Assembly (NCBI GenBank): GCA_964016885.1
Contig: OZ024754.1
Location: forward strand, 24,428,001-24,492,000
Reading direction: 5' to 3'
DNA length: 64,000 nt
Origin: Eledone cirrhosa
Taxonomy: Eukaryota
How positions within the stretch are numbered: the first letter of the stretch is position 1; each line of letters starts with the position of its first letter. The translations under genes were made by a program, and so were the position numbers. Below are positions 43,484-57,965 of the stretch, piece after piece. The notes under the pieces were generated by a model. That model was not told where the DNA came from, made no database searches, and saw nothing but the letters and a program-made list of their open reading frames with translations.

Positions 43484-43759
43484 TATATATATATATATGT
43501 ATATATAATGTTTGTGTATTTACGAGTGTGTGTGTATGTTTGTATGTGTATGTGCGTATGTGTTTATGTGTGTGTGTGTATATAGGACCGATCAACGTGA
43601 GTGTTCAAGAAAGACTTACCTGTGTCAGAAATTAATAGCTGATAACGCACATCGCAGTTGTTCCGTGGTAAAAAAACTTGTGAAATAAGAAAGATATAAT
43701 GTCTGTTGTGTACCTAACTGTTTGGTTGACTGGGCTTGGCTTACAGGCTAGATAGATGG

Positions 43760-44165
43760 ATGGTGTGGTGCTGGTAGTTGTAGTAGTAGTGGTGGTGGTG
43801 GTGATGAGATGACTTGACGGCTATCTGGTTGGCTGGATGGCCAGTGTAGTGGTGGTGGTGATGGTAGTGGTGGTGATGGTGGTGATGGTGGTAGTGGTGG
43901 TGATGGTGGTGGTGGTAGTGGTGATGGTGGTGGTGGTGGTTGTGGTGGTTGTGATGGCGGTGACGTGGTGGTGTTGGCGGTGGTGGTGGTGGTGGTGGCA
44001 GCGGTAGTGGTGGTGTTGGCGGTGACGTGGTGGTGTTGGTGGTGCTGGTGCTGGTGGCAGCGGTGGTGGTGGAGGTGGCGATGACGTGGTGAAGGTGGTG
44101 GCGGTGTCGTGTTGGTGGTGGTGTTGGTGGTAGTGGTAGTGGTGGTGGGTTGGCTTGATGGTGTA
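43760..44165. repeat. (GGT)n low-complexity tract
   Basis: Direct. Confidence 0.9.
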
Positions 44166-44829
44166 GGTGTACGTGTCTATATACGTGTGCATGAGTGTGT
44201 ATGCCCACGTACGTGTGTGTAGGTTTTTTTTATATACTTGTGTATGTGTGTGTGTGTGTGCCCATGTATGTGTGTGTAGAGGCTTTTCTATGTACGTGTG
44301 TATGTGTGTCCATGTATGTGTGTAGGGCTTGTCTATATACGTGTGGGTGTATGTTTATGTATGTATGTGTATGTATGAATGCATGTATGTGTACATGTAT
44401 TATGTATGTATGTATTTATGTATGTTTGTAAGTGTATATGTATTATGTATGTATATACGTATGTATATATATATATATGCGTGCGCGTATGTGTATGTAT
44501 ATATGTATGTATGTCTTTCTGGTGTATGTATGCACGCCGGTATATGTATGTATGTGTGAGGTATGTATGCGCGGGCGTATGTGTATATATATAATATATA
44601 TATATATGTATGTATGTGTGTATGATGTATGTATGCGCGTGTATGCTTTTGTGTAGATTTGTGTCGGGTTTGGGATGGTGTTTATTGTGTGTGATCCGCT
44701 TTATAATATGTATATGTATGCAGTAGTAGATGTGTGCGGTGTGTGGTCCCTCTACGATATGTTTTGCTGCGATGTTGGTAGCGGCGAAAGGCGTTCTTTA
44801 ATGAGGTCTGGAATACGTGTGACTATGAG

Positions 44830-44888
<59 letters not shown>

Positions 44889-45034
44889 GGGGGGGGGGGG
44901 GGGTTGAGGGAGTAGACATCTTTATGGTGTTCAGGATATTGGTATATGGAAAGAAAGGGATTATGAGTGTGTTTCGTGAATATGTGTGCGTGTGATTTTG
45001 TACTCTCGCCCATCTGTAAATTTGTTTAAATACA

Positions 45035-45254
<220 letters not shown>

Positions 45255-45477
45255 TATACATTATTATATATTGTTATGTGTTCATTACGTTTATAGCGCT
45301 TACCTGGAACACCATGATAAACGTAAAGAAGACATAACAAATTGTCCTTTTATTATTATATTTACAGTTTAGCTCAACACCTCGTTATAGACGGCATCGA
45401 GAGCTCACCTGGGTCACCTCCAGTAACTGCACGTTTACACTCCCTATATATATATATAATATAATATAATATATATA

Positions 45478-45831
<354 letters not shown>

Positions 45832-46736
45832 ATATATATATATACACATATATATACATATATATGTATATATATATATATATATATAATTAATACAATA
45901 ACAGAGATAGTTTAAAGCTAAACTCTGACTGGTAACCATCTCACTCAACAAACATTAGGTTATATTAAAATATAAACCCAATTTAAGTGTTTGGGGTGCT
46001 AACAATATGTATAATGTGGAAAAACTAGTTGTATTATTTTATGAGATATAATTAAAGTTAAAGTATATCTCTCTTTCCAAACAATTGTTTCATTATAAGT
46101 TTTCTACAAGTTTGGGAGAATGTTTCCAGTTTATGTATAAGCCTAATATATATTCATGTAAGAGTATATTTAGGTGGGCACTTATAAATCATCAGTGGAA
46201 GCCCATTAAACATTGATATAAGAAACGAAAAGATTCAGGACTCTAACGGCTGAGCTCTGGCTGTTTCGACAATCGAAAAGGTCGGAGCTCAGCCGTGGGT
46301 CCTGAATCTTTTCATATTACGTACTCTACTACCCCAAATATCGAGTACTCTGGTGGGTTTTGGTCTAGCCGGTTTTTACTACACCCTATCTGATATATAT
46401 ATATATATATATGTGTGTATATGTGCACGTGTGTGTAAAAGGTAAACAGAAATAACAACACATACGGTGCACTATATGGAAGGAATTTATTAGTTTAACG
46501 CTTGAAATAGCAGGAAGGGGGTCTTATATGCGAGACAAACCATAACAGAAACACAAACCCTCCATGTCAATTTTACTTTTGAAAAATATAAGAACTGTGA
46601 AGTAAATAAATAGATATTCTTAATAGACTTCAGTTACATTTTCAATTTCTTTTCCTTCTATGTAAGAGATGTCTTATATATATTTTTTCCAATTCCAACC
46701 CACCCGTCCCTTCAATCTATCTTATTTCTCATTCTT

Positions 46737-46772
46737 TCTTCTGATGAAGGACTAGCATCCGAAACGTTAAGA
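46737..46772 (+). ncRNA. Minimal type I HHR (copy of 12837)
   Basis: TCTT-CTGATGA-A-GGAC tagc ATCC-GAAA-CG-TT-AAGA. Confidence 0.75.
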
Positions 46773-46888
46773 CCCTCTTCCTGCTATATCAAGAGTTAAC
46801 CTAATATATCCCTTCCATATACTGTACCGATTGTGTTGTTATTTCTGTTTACCTTTTACATACATATATATTTCTGTTTACCTTTTAC

Positions 46889-46989
<101 letters not shown>

Positions 46990-48066
46990 GAGAGAGAGAG
47001 AGGGGGGGGGGGAGAGGGGGAGAGAAAGAGAGTGAGTGAGAGAGAGAGTGAATGAGAGATAGAGATTTATGTACTCACACGTTCACATACACACATTCAT
47101 TTAGTTATCTAAATACTAGTGCAAACACACAATATTGAACACAGTGTTTCACGTTGATATCATTCTATTATAGATGTTCCTATAGTTAATATTCTATTAT
47201 ATGTTTCTATTGTAAACATCGAGATGGAATCAAGTGTCTTCAATAATCATGAAACAGATGAATAATTTTCTTTAAAATACTTCATTTATCGACTTTAAAA
47301 ACTTTTCTAAATTTTATTTCGCATTGTATTTTCAGAGGAGTGGGGGAAAATGTTAATGTTGGCGGAAACATTAAAATATATTTGTAAATTGTTAATATTT
47401 AATGAATATTTATTGAAGAGTTTACAAGCCTATTGGTAATATATATAGATAGATAAACACATGTGTTTGTGTGAGTATTTGGGAAAGAGTGTGCATGGAC
47501 ACGCGCGTGTACGTTTATCTATGTGTGTGTGTGTGTGTGTGTGTGAGTGAGTGTGTGTGTATGTTAATCTATGCGTCTGTGAGTGCTAGTATTCTCTACT
47601 TATAATCCCTACATAAGTGGTTATGAAGTGACATACAGTGGAATGTTCAAGAATGTCGATTATCCCACACTACACAGTAAATGCAGTTCCATGTTAACTG
47701 AAATATTTTAACAGAGATCACAGAATCTAGCTTAACCTATTCTACATTTTCACTTGTGAATATGGAGCCGAAGTCTTTTTGTTTTTACGTTTATACGTAT
47801 TTATTTCTTTTATCAAATGCAAGAGGTGTGAACATGCCGAAACTTGTAACATGCCGACATACTGAAGTTATATCTGTAGAAAATAATAGCCAATTGGAGA
47901 TTTAAAAAGTATGGCTCCGTGGTTGAGGTGTTCGCTTTGTAATCATTGGGTTTAGATCAATTGTGAGGCGATCTGGGCAACAAGTGCCTTCTACTATAGC
48001 CACGGCTTGACCTATGGCTTGTAAGTGAAATCTAGTAAACCAAAAATGCAGAAGCGTCTTGTGTAT

Positions 48067-48161
<95 letters not shown>

Positions 48162-49601
48162 TGCACATGCGGTAGGGGCCAGCATAAAACAAACCCTTAA
48201 GGAACATATGTTCAAATTTAATGGAAAAACATATGCCCAAGAGGAAGGAGCAGCCATTGGTGTTAGCATTGCAGGCGACATAGCTAACTTATTCATGGTA
48301 TGGTGGGACAGTAGACTTAAACTTAAACTTAAAGAACAATTAGAAGACCCCTTAACCCTGATAATGTACTCCCGCTACGTAGATGATATAAACATCGTAG
48401 TTAAGACACCCCCACTAGAGAACAGTCAGGAACTAGAGAAAAACACAATGGAAAGCATCCAGCAAATAGCAAACTCCATCCACCAGAGCATTAGAGTTAC
48501 TATAGACTACCCAAGTAAACACCCCAACCATCGATTACCTGTACTAGACACAGAGCTCTGGTTAGATACCATTAACAACAAAAAACAAATCCTCCATTCC
48601 CATTATGCCAAACCCATGACTTCCAAACATCTGATCCACCGAAACTCGGCCATTTCGGACCATACCAAAATCAACATACTGATCGCGGATTTGGTACGGG
48701 TGATGAGAAATGTGTCCCGCATGTGCAACCCCGAAGAACTAGAGAGACACATACAACACTTCATCCACCGTATGCAGTTCTCTGGCTACAATCAGAGAGA
48801 TAGAATCAGAGTGTATAGAGGAGCCAGAACCAAATGGGAAAAAATGGTAAATAATGACATAAATGGGACCTGCCCCTTGTATAGGAGCACATTTTGGAAT
48901 AGAATAGAAAGAACTAGGAACAAGGCTAATAGAATAAACTCATGGTATGATAGCAATAAATACCAGAGTGTAATGTTCATCGATACAACCCCTAGAGGTG
49001 AACTAGCTTACAAATTTAGAAGGGCCCTAAATAAACATAAACTCAATATTAAGATAGTAGAAAGACCAGGTACCTCCGTAAAAACACTTATTAGCAAGAC
49101 ATACCCTTTTCAAAGACCCTCATGTATAGATAAGAAATGTGTAACCTGTAAAATAAGCCCCCATATTAACTGTAAAACTAGAAATGTAGTGTATAGCATA
49201 AGATGTACTGAAGGACAATGTAGAGACAAAAATATAGTGTACATAGGTGAGACAGCTCGTAGTGTAGGGGAACGGATAAATGAACACTGACGAGCCCTTC
49301 AAGATAATAAAGAATCAGCTGTACTCTACCAACATGCTAAGATAGAACACAAGGGTAAATTAGAGAACATAGAAATAAAAATAGAATCTACACACAGAAA
49401 AGACGCAATGTTTAGACAAATTACAGAAGCAATAAACATAAAATAATTACAACCAAAATTAAATAGAAAATATGAGTGGAACAGCAACATCACAACTTAC
49501 AATTAAGGACAAAATGAAAACACACACACACATAGAACAAACAACCAACCAGTAACATATAAACAAACAAATAGATAAATGAACATAAACACACACAGAC
49601 A

Positions 49602-49660
49602 CCCGGATGTGGCGCATGCGCAGACTGAGCACACAACACACACACAGAAACAAAATGGCG
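49602..49660 (+). promoter_or_regulatory. Candidate pLTR promoter: ETS-like, NRF1 and YY1 motifs
   Basis: CCGGATGT, GCGCATGCGC, AAAATGGCG; last two conserved at 59319-59410. Confidence 0.45.
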
Positions 49661-49707
49661 TAGGACAGAACAAAGGAGAGGCACAGAAACAAAGAAAGGA
49701 ATCCCCA

Positions 49708-49750
49708 GTCACTGAAGAGGTCATAGAGTGTGTGACGAAAGAACTATGTC
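49708..49750 (+). ncRNA. Minimal type I HHR in PLE pLTR
   Basis: GTCA-CTGAAGA-G-GTCATA gagtg TGTGAC-GAAA-GAAC-TA-TGTC. Confidence 0.8.
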
Positions 49751-49920
49751 TATATATAAACAACTATCTGGTTGTGGAACCAACCAACCAACCAGAAATT
49801 TATAAATTTGTAAATTTATAAATATATAATAAATTGAAGTGAAAGCAACTGGTGCGTGTGTTTCTTATTGGCAACATGACCCCCCCAAAGTATAACAATA
49901 TATATATATACATATATATA

Positions 49921-50016
<96 letters not shown>

Positions 50017-50152
50017 CAAAAGGCATATTCAATTTGTTGGTAATTCAACAAATATAAATGTTTTAACTGATTTAGAGCACTCGACAGATTTTCTGGAGTA
50101 TAATATTCAATGATATTAAATAAATGGAAATTATATTTATAAAACCATATTT

Positions 50153-50211
50153 ATTCTATTATATATATTTCAAGGGTACCAAAACTTTGGTACGCTTTCA
50201 TCAGATAAAAT
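50153..50211 (-). ncRNA. Type I HHR in 3' pLTR
   Basis: Reverse complement of 54554-54612. Confidence 0.85.
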
Positions 50212-52002
50212 ACAAAGTTTGTTTTATAAATTTTGACATAACCAAGAAAAGATACCTTAACGGTTCAAGTTTTTCTTGGATAGTGAAGAGAAAAGAGAAG
50301 AAAAGTCAGATGAGTATGCAAATGAAGTTGAGGTATAGGGCTGAAAAAACGTTTGCAGAATTTAAATAATTAGGATATATGTATGTATGAGTAGGAAGAA
50401 AAAAAAAAAGAAAGAAGAGCTTGTATTTACGTTAATTTAAAAGGAATTAACAATTTGCGGGAATGGTGGAATATGATTTCAGAATTTAAATTTATTTAGC
50501 TATATTATGAGTTATAATATTGTATATATAATCAATTAGATTATATGAAGAATTATGGTTGTAAGTAGATTTTATCTTATTACATTACAATAGGTTGTAA
50601 GTATATAAATATCTATATAGATTAATAATTGTGCATGTATAAGTATTATAGAAATAGAAATAATTCACAATTATTAGTTGTTTACATTTCTAATATGAGT
50701 TACGAAGGAAGTTGATTTTGCATTTTACATTAAAAAAACACGTAGTTCAAGTTGTAAGAGAACAATTTGTAGATTCAAATATTTTGTTCCAACATCGAAA
50801 ATGTTTTCACAATATTGTGAAGTTATATAGTTTATCATACATATTATATTATAATATAATGTTTATGTTTTCACGATTGAAAAGGGAAAGATAACTCCAA
50901 TTTTTTTTGTTAACCGTTAAATTTGATGAATGATTTACTAAAAAAATATATAGAGAAAATTATATATTATTTTGTGTGAGATTAATTTCAATTATATATT
51001 ATTTTAGTCGAAAGATGTGTGAAAGTTTGAAGATCAAAAGGAGAGGAAAAAAGTAATGTGCATTTCGAAGAACTATAAAGAGGATAAACTTTCAGAACGT
51101 CAATTAAAGATTATCAATCTACATCTAAAAAAATATATTTAGAGGAGTATCATTAGGAAAATAATGTCAAAAGGTAAAAAATAGTAAAAAAATATATTAA
51201 AAAATTTAAAAATTAAATGTCAAATGGTAAAAATAGTAGAAATATAAAAAAATTAAGAAGGAAGTAGAAAATAATTCTGGTTTAAGATTAATACAGTTTT
51301 GACTGTTAATTACATAAAAAAATTCCTCGATACACAAGTTACAGAATTTTGAGAAAGCCATATTTCGGTATGCAGGTGCTTTCGAAATCGTTCCTCAAGA
51401 TATTGAATAGTCTATATTGTTGTCTTTTAAGTTCCAAATTAAATGTGAAAGTGAAGTGGAAGATTTTTTATCGGATCTATTAAATATGTGTTTATGGTTA
51501 TACCAGCGTTCTTTGAATTTTGTAGAAGTGGCACCAATATAGTTAAATACTTTGTCTCTAGTTTTAACTGTGTATTTATAAGTTACGTTTTTGTCTAAGC
51601 AATTATTTTGTAAAGGGCAGTTTGATTTAATTCAACAGTTACATTTTCTGGAGTTGATGTTCGGAACGGTACTATTATTCTGAATATTGTTGTTAGAAAT
51701 ATTATTATTGCTATCTTGGTTAGTTTGGTTAGGGTTTAAATTTAAGTTTCTATTATTAATTCTATTTATATTTTGTGCTATGTTCATAGTAGTAGAGTAG
51801 GATAGTTTTATAGTGTGTCTGTTAAAAATAGAGTGGTATCTGTGGGCTTTAGGAAAACATTTGTCTAGTGCTTTAAAAAATAGCTTTGCTAAAGGTGTTT
51901 TAACGCTTAATGAGAATGGGGAAGAGTACCAAATAATATTTCTAGTTCTAGTTTTTTTGTTTGGTTTAGTGTTTAAGTTAAATTGTTTATTATTATTATA
52001 AT

Positions 52003-52186
52003 TAATTGTTTCTAATTTTGGCACAAGGCCAGCAATTACCCAGTACATTACTGGTACTTTATTTTATCGACCCCGTAAGGATGAAAGGCAAAGTTAACCT
52101 CGACGGGATTTGAACTCAGACCGTAAAGGGACGTAACTATGCTGGAAAGCATGGCGTCCGACTCTCTACCGATACTGCCAATCCAA
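52003..52186 (-). mobile_element. SINE family 1 nested in the PLE ORF
   Basis: Consensus match; flanked by short taattaat-type duplication. Confidence 0.85.
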
Positions 52187-53060
52187 ATTAATAATAATAA
52201 AGAAATCATTAAAAACTAAAGAAATCATTATTATTATAATTAATTCTAGGATGATTCGTCATGTTATTGTTATCTATGTATTTAATTTTATTCGAGTATC
52301 CTGCTCTATGTAAAGCTTCATTGTAATATTCTGCCTTATCATCAAAAATATTTGTATTAGCAGAGATGCGTGAAATCCGTTGTTGGACGCTATTGACAAT
52401 AGTATTTTTTTTATTTCTAGGATGATTAGAATTGAAACTTACGTAATTTAGATTTTCGGTAATTTTATGGAATGGATAGTAAAGACCTGCGCTAAGGTTT
52501 AAGGTTACATCTAAGAAGTTAACGATTTTGTAATTATTCTCGATTTCTAAATTAAGGTTGTAGTTGTTGAAAAATTGTATTATGGATTTCCTTTTCCTAT
52601 TAATTTCACTATTGCTATGGTTTTCAATTAAATGTAACATATCGTCGCGATATAAACCTCCGGTCATCTCTGGCATTTTCCTATGCAGTACATCATTAAT
52701 AAATAATCCAACGAGGTCCGTTACTTGCGCCGAGTCACATGATCCCATAGTGATATCAAAATTGTTTTTTTCTGTCGGCTCTTGTCCAAAGATGATTATT
52801 AAATTCTATTAGGGTTTTACGTGCTGTTAGAATTATATTCATTTCTTCACTAGATAGGACTGTATGTTTAGACGCGTAGATAAGTGCCTTATTAAGTAAG
52901 CTAGGGGTAATAGAGGAGTAGTAATTTGCAATATCCATTTGAATGAATTTTTTGTTATGTTTTAATTTTATGATATTAAACCAATCTATAACTTCATTAG
53001 TACCGTTCCATAGTTTAAGGTGGGATTTTTCTTTAAGTAGTGGTATAATTCTATCTAATA

Positions 53061-53955
53061 CTAGCATTAAAGCCCGGCGTTGCTCGGGGTCATTAAGTTA
53101 CCAAAGTGAGGTTGCACCACCCATTTTATGGCAGCACTTTTTTGTCTGCCAGGCACTGGGTGAATGAATTGCAGACCTGGAAGCAGGAGCTGCGCCAGCA
53201 GTGTCAATTGTAGTTTCGCCTATGGATATTATCTCTGTGCAAAAAAGTGTTGAAATTTATTGTTTCACAGTACTTGCGCAACACGCGCGTAGACGATGCC
53301 AGCCGAACAACAGAGCTGCGATGGAGTTGTTCTGCATGGTTGTTGTGTGTTTTCTAAATTTAAGACAGTAGGGAGGGTTGTGATATGAGGGAGAGTTAGC
53401 TGTTGTTTCTAGCAGGTTTAGTGACCTCATAGAGGATATGTGTTTCCTAAATTTAAGACAGTAGGGAGTGGTGTGATATGGGGGAGAGTTAGCTGCTGTT
53501 TCTAGCAGGTTTAGTGACCTCATAGAAGATATGTTTTCTAAATTTAAGACAGTAAGGAGGGGTGTGATATGGGGGAGAGTTAGCTGCTGTTTCTAGCAGG
53601 TTTAGTAACCTCATAGAGAATATATGTTTTCTAAATTTAAGACAGTAGGGAGTGGTGTGAACGGACAGTATCACCATCAAGCTTGGAAAGAGAAAGTAGC
53701 AGAAAGTATGAAGTTATATAGATTTTGAATGGTAGTAGAAAGAGTTCAGCAGTTTAAATGAGAGAGAAAATCGTAAAATATTGAGTTTTATCTATTTTTT
53801 GCGTAATTGTGGGTGAAATTGAAAAAATTATCTGCGTCAAGACGCAATCGAAGCTATTTCGAATACTGAATTGTAAATTTCAATTGAAGAAATTCTATAT
53901 CGTAGATTTCTATAACGAAGGAGCATGACCACACACTGAGCTTTATAGATTATGA
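53061..53955 (-). mobile_element. Non-autonomous Helitron nested in PLE RT
   Basis: Minus strand 5'-TC...hairpin CCCGAGCAACGCCGGG...CTAG-3', inserted at A|T with no TSD; removal restores ISKH-ILDRII; internal ~91-bp repeat x3.5 (53345-53660). Confidence 0.85.
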
Positions 53956-54553
53956 TATGTTTGCTAATTATGCGATGAATCTGACTGGTAGTTCAATTTC
54001 AAAATTTCTTTTGTGGTCCTTCAGGTTAATCTTCGGTTCTCTGGGTATAAAGGGTTCGGTCCTATTTTGGATGCCTAATTTATAAATAATTTCCGAAGCT
54101 TCCCTATTTAACGTTGAAAGATCTTCATTTGATGTTATTTTGTAATTTTTCCTGAGTTCTTTCAATATAAGGTTATTATATTCGTCATTTTCCATACCAT
54201 ATAAATTATTTGTTTTGTCAGATTTTACCAGGATCCTCTTTGTTTTTTCTATATTGTCTATCTTATTCTTGAGGCCTTTAAGGTACTCCTGGCCGATAAA
54301 TTAACGTAAATACAAGCTCTTCTTTCTTTTTTCTTCTTCCTACTCATACATACATATATCCTAATTATTTAAATTCTGCATAGCGCCTAAAATAACGTTT
54401 TTTCAGCCCTATATCTCAACCTCAATTCCATACTCATCTTAATAATTTGAAATATCTGACTTTTTTTCTCTTTTCCCTTCACTATCCAAGAAAAACTTGA
54501 ACCGTTAAGGTATCTTTTCTTGGTTATGTCAACATTTATCAAACAAACTTTGT

Positions 54554-54612
54554 ATTTTATCTGATGAAAGCGTACCAAAGTTTTGGTACCCTTGAAATAT
54601 ATATAATAGAAT
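54554..54612 (+). ncRNA. Type I HHR in inverted 5' pLTR
   Basis: ATTTTAT-CTGATGA-AAG c GTACCAAA gt TTTGGTAC c CTT-GAAA-TATATA-TA-ATAGAAT. Confidence 0.85.
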
Positions 54613-54711
54613 AAATATGGTTTTATAAATATAGTTAGCATTTATTTAATATCATTGTGTATATATATATATATATATAGAAGTAGTTCCACAACAGATA
54701 GTACACCATTT

Positions 54712-54752
54712 CCGAGAACAATTTGTTTCACCTCAACGGATCATCAGCTCGG
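54712..54752 (-). ncRNA. Type I HHR inside inverted pair 54680-54835
   Basis: Reverse complement: CCGAG-CTGATGA-TCC gttga GGT-GAAA-CAA a TTG-TT-CTCGG. Confidence 0.8.
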
Positions 54753-54857
54753 TTTAAATTGTTCTCGGAAATAGTGTATTAACTGTTGTGGAACTACTTT
54801 TACCAAACTCGTCCCATGGACTCAGTGTTCTACTATTATATATATATATATATATAT

Positions 54858-55110
54858 GTAGCCCGTTGTGTTTGTGTTTCAGTTGTACGATCAACGGAGT
54901 ACAGCCTGTAAGTGGTCTAGCAATCCGCAGACACGTAGCTTTTAGTGTGATTCAGCTTGACACAATGTTTGACAAGGCTGGCCCTTTGATCTACAGGTAC
55001 AATCCATGATTTTTACCTGCTGTGTGAGTGGATCAACATGAAATAAAGTGTCTTACTCATGGAGACAATGCGATCGTGAGCCTAACACCCTAAAGCTAAG
55101 CCACGAACTT
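54858..55110 (-). mobile_element. SINE family 2 (diverged)
   Basis: tgaaataaagtgtcttactca core; similar to 20990-21300. Confidence 0.6.
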
Positions 55111-55394
55111 TCAGTGAGTCTTGTAGTTCAGGAAATATATGCCAATTAGTGATTGATGGCATCTTAGATTCTCACTAATGGGCCTTTCTTATTTCACGAT
55201 ATTTCTAAAAACATACCTTTATAAGTCTGGACTCGTACCTTGTGATAGAGTCGTATATCACTTTAACCTGGTGGAGCATATCCTATATCCCGGTCTGGAC
55301 ACAGCCAATTTCAACTACAGAAAGGGAGGAAGGAAAGACCCCAGTACTGAACTGTAAAATCTTTTATTGAACCAGAAAGGTAGTTAAATGTCAG

Positions 55395-56035
55395 GGGAAA
55401 GATGAGAGAAATCCGATTTTACAGGAGATGAAGAAAGAAGAGGATTCCAGAAGACTCCAGCAGGCAGAGCCAGTGGATGGTGGGGGGAAGGGCACTCCAG
55501 AAGTGTCTCGGTTAGAATGACTTGTGACATATGGCACCTCTTAGAATCAGTTTTCTTCTCAGATCTGTCGATGATCTACCTTCGAATACAAATCTAGTGA
55601 AATGGGGCAAATCATATAACTCTGATTGTCCACTTTGCCAGGGTAGACAGAGAGTGGAACACATTCTGAGCTCATACAGAGTAACACTGGCCCAGGGTAG
55701 ATATACGTGGAGACACAATCAAATGCTGAAGGGGGTCGTACATGTGATAAGTACGGCAAAAATAAAACCCGTAGCACGAAAATCTCCTACAAGATTCTAT
55801 ACAGCAGGAGGTAGCAAATCATGACCAGGAACAGCTATACCATACAGTGCACGGGGATCGAGTTTTCTGGGTGGTGCGGAAATCATCAGAAATCATCAGA
55901 AAGATTGGCTTGGGGGTGGATATCGAACTCCATTCTAGTTCATCAAAACAGCTGATTTTGATTGAATTCACCGTGCCACTTAATTGGCTAAATGTCAGCA
56001 GGTGAGCACCCATGATGTATCCCAGCCTCCTTAGA
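55395..56035 (+). mobile_element. HERO/NeSL-like RLE LINE fragment
   Basis: MAPLRISFLLRSV.D.LPS..NL.KWG..CPLC..EHILS..QGRYTWRHNQ; LILIEFTVP. Confidence 0.8.
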
Positions 56036-56240
56036 GAATAAGAAGTTAAAGGCCGAAACACTTGCTTGGGGAGGTTTATTCTCTGAAGACCTTCTGCTCT
56101 CCTACTCACCTGGCAGTTTCTTACCACACACACTTAAACACACTTACACACACACATACACATTTATATTTATTTTGATTTTTTTCTATACTCGAACCTT
56201 TTTTCTGTTTCTTCTTTGTGATCCTGTCTCTATTTTGTAC

Positions 56241-56272
56241 TCCAGAAGAAGGGCTAAAGCCCGACACATCGA
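56241..56272 (+). ncRNA. Decayed minimal HHR with CAGAAGA core
   Basis: TC-CAGAAGA-A-GGGC taaa GCCC-GACA-CA-TC-GA. Confidence 0.45.
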
Positions 56273-56332
56273 ACTTTCCTCTTTCCAATATAAAGTGTGA
56301 ACATTTTTGTACCTCTGTTTGTTGTCTCCTTG

Positions 56333-56394
<62 letters not shown>

Positions 56395-56398
<4 letters not shown>

Positions 56399-56741
56399 CC
56401 GACTAACTCACTCGATATGCAAATTAGGCTGCTCACCCGTTAATATGCATTAGGAAAGTATATACTTTCAAATATTCAATCAGCTGACAGGAAGGTATAC
56501 GGTGATGACAGCTAATAAACTAGAAACTAGTTCATCGTTCCTTTGTCAGTGTTGAACAAAAGGGCAACGATGGTTGCCGAACTCTGTGCAGCTAATAATT
56601 CGGGCTGTTTGTTTCCAAACAAACCGAGCATTATAATAAATGTTCGGTAGACCCATACGTACATGTATATATGTGTGCATGTATGTATGTATATACATAC
56701 TACTGTACGTCTGTATACATATATGTATGTACGTATACATA

Positions 56742-56745
<4 letters not shown>
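56395..56745 (+). mobile_element. Copy of the 5751-6210 retrozyme-like unit (HHR core has a 3-nt deletion)
   Basis: Reverse complement of 5803-6163. Confidence 0.85.
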
Positions 56746-56818
<73 letters not shown>

Positions 56819-56922
56819 ATGTGTGAAAGTGTATTTATGCATATGTGTGTATGTATTTATGTATGTATCATGTATATATATATATATGTGTGTATGTGTG
56901 TGTCTGCGTGTGTGTGTGTATT

Positions 56923-57019
<97 letters not shown>

Positions 57020-57511
57020 GAGCGTGTCATATGAATGGAAGTGTTTTTCCTTGCTATCAGTGTCAAAACAGAAATGGCCAAACTGAGAATCATATAGAAG
57101 TCACAAGTTGGATCAAATTGTTGTTATGTCTGTGAATGTGTGACTATCTGATAGATACACCTGTGACAGAGATGTCTACAGTTTAATAGCAATAGGAATA
57201 GGGCCTTCTCTTTATACCTGTCTCTGTGTGTCACTGATAATATTATAGCACTAATGGAATTTGTCGTTGAAGAAATCCTATATTGTTATGTTTAGTAGAA
57301 ATAACCAATCAACGGAACCCCCGCATCCTTCAATCTTTCATACTCGGCTCACTAAAGGGTCTCTAACATGTAGCTAGAATTGATATGTTTATTTTAATTA
57401 ACTATATAACACTTTATATATATACATGCTTGCCTCGTCTCCCCCTCTCTCTCTCTCTATATATATATATACTTATATATATATATATATATTATATATA
57501 TATACACATAC

Positions 57512-57648
<137 letters not shown>

Positions 57649-57649
57649 C

Positions 57650-57692
<43 letters not shown>

Positions 57693-57749
57693 TACATATA
57701 CATATATATATGTACATACATATATACATATATATATACATATATATAT

Positions 57750-57809
<60 letters not shown>

Positions 57810-57933
57810 TTATATATAGGGTAGTAGAGTGGGAAATAGGAAAAAGTATTTTTTCCTATTTCCCACTCTACTACCCTAAGTATTGAGTACTTTGGTGCGC
57901 TATGATCCATTTGGTTCCTTACCACAATTCCTT

Positions 57934-57964
<31 letters not shown>

Positions 57965-57965
<1 letters not shown>

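Larger units (their letters stand above)
48158..49900 (+). mobile_element. 5'-truncated Penelope-like element (RT, GIY-YIG, pLTR)
   Basis: YAQEEGAAIG, YSRYVDDINIV, LPVLDT, Cys linker, NVVYSIRC..YIGETARS; single TGA at 49288; inserted in (TA)n. Confidence 0.95.
50015..54657 (-). mobile_element. Penelope-like element (Naiad-like motifs) with inverted pLTRs and nested SINE and Helitron
   Basis: KSDKTNN, IQMDIANYYSSI, TMGSCDSAQVTDLVG, GLYRDD, NFLDVTL, IIWYSSPFS, CNC-x5-CPL, YIGATST, CNLC; 50105-50440 is inverted at 54298-54657. Confidence 0.92.

Noticed and set aside
51400-51640. In-frame TGA codons in the Naiad-like GIY-YIG region as possible selenocysteine
   Set aside because: They fall at Arg (CNC-R) and Trp positions rather than Cys, the element has other lesions, and no SECIS was recognised; same for the TGA at 49288
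53345-53660. Regularly spaced repeats resembling a CRISPR array
   Set aside because: Whole ~91-bp units repeat with no unique spacers; lies inside a Helitron in eukaryotic DNA
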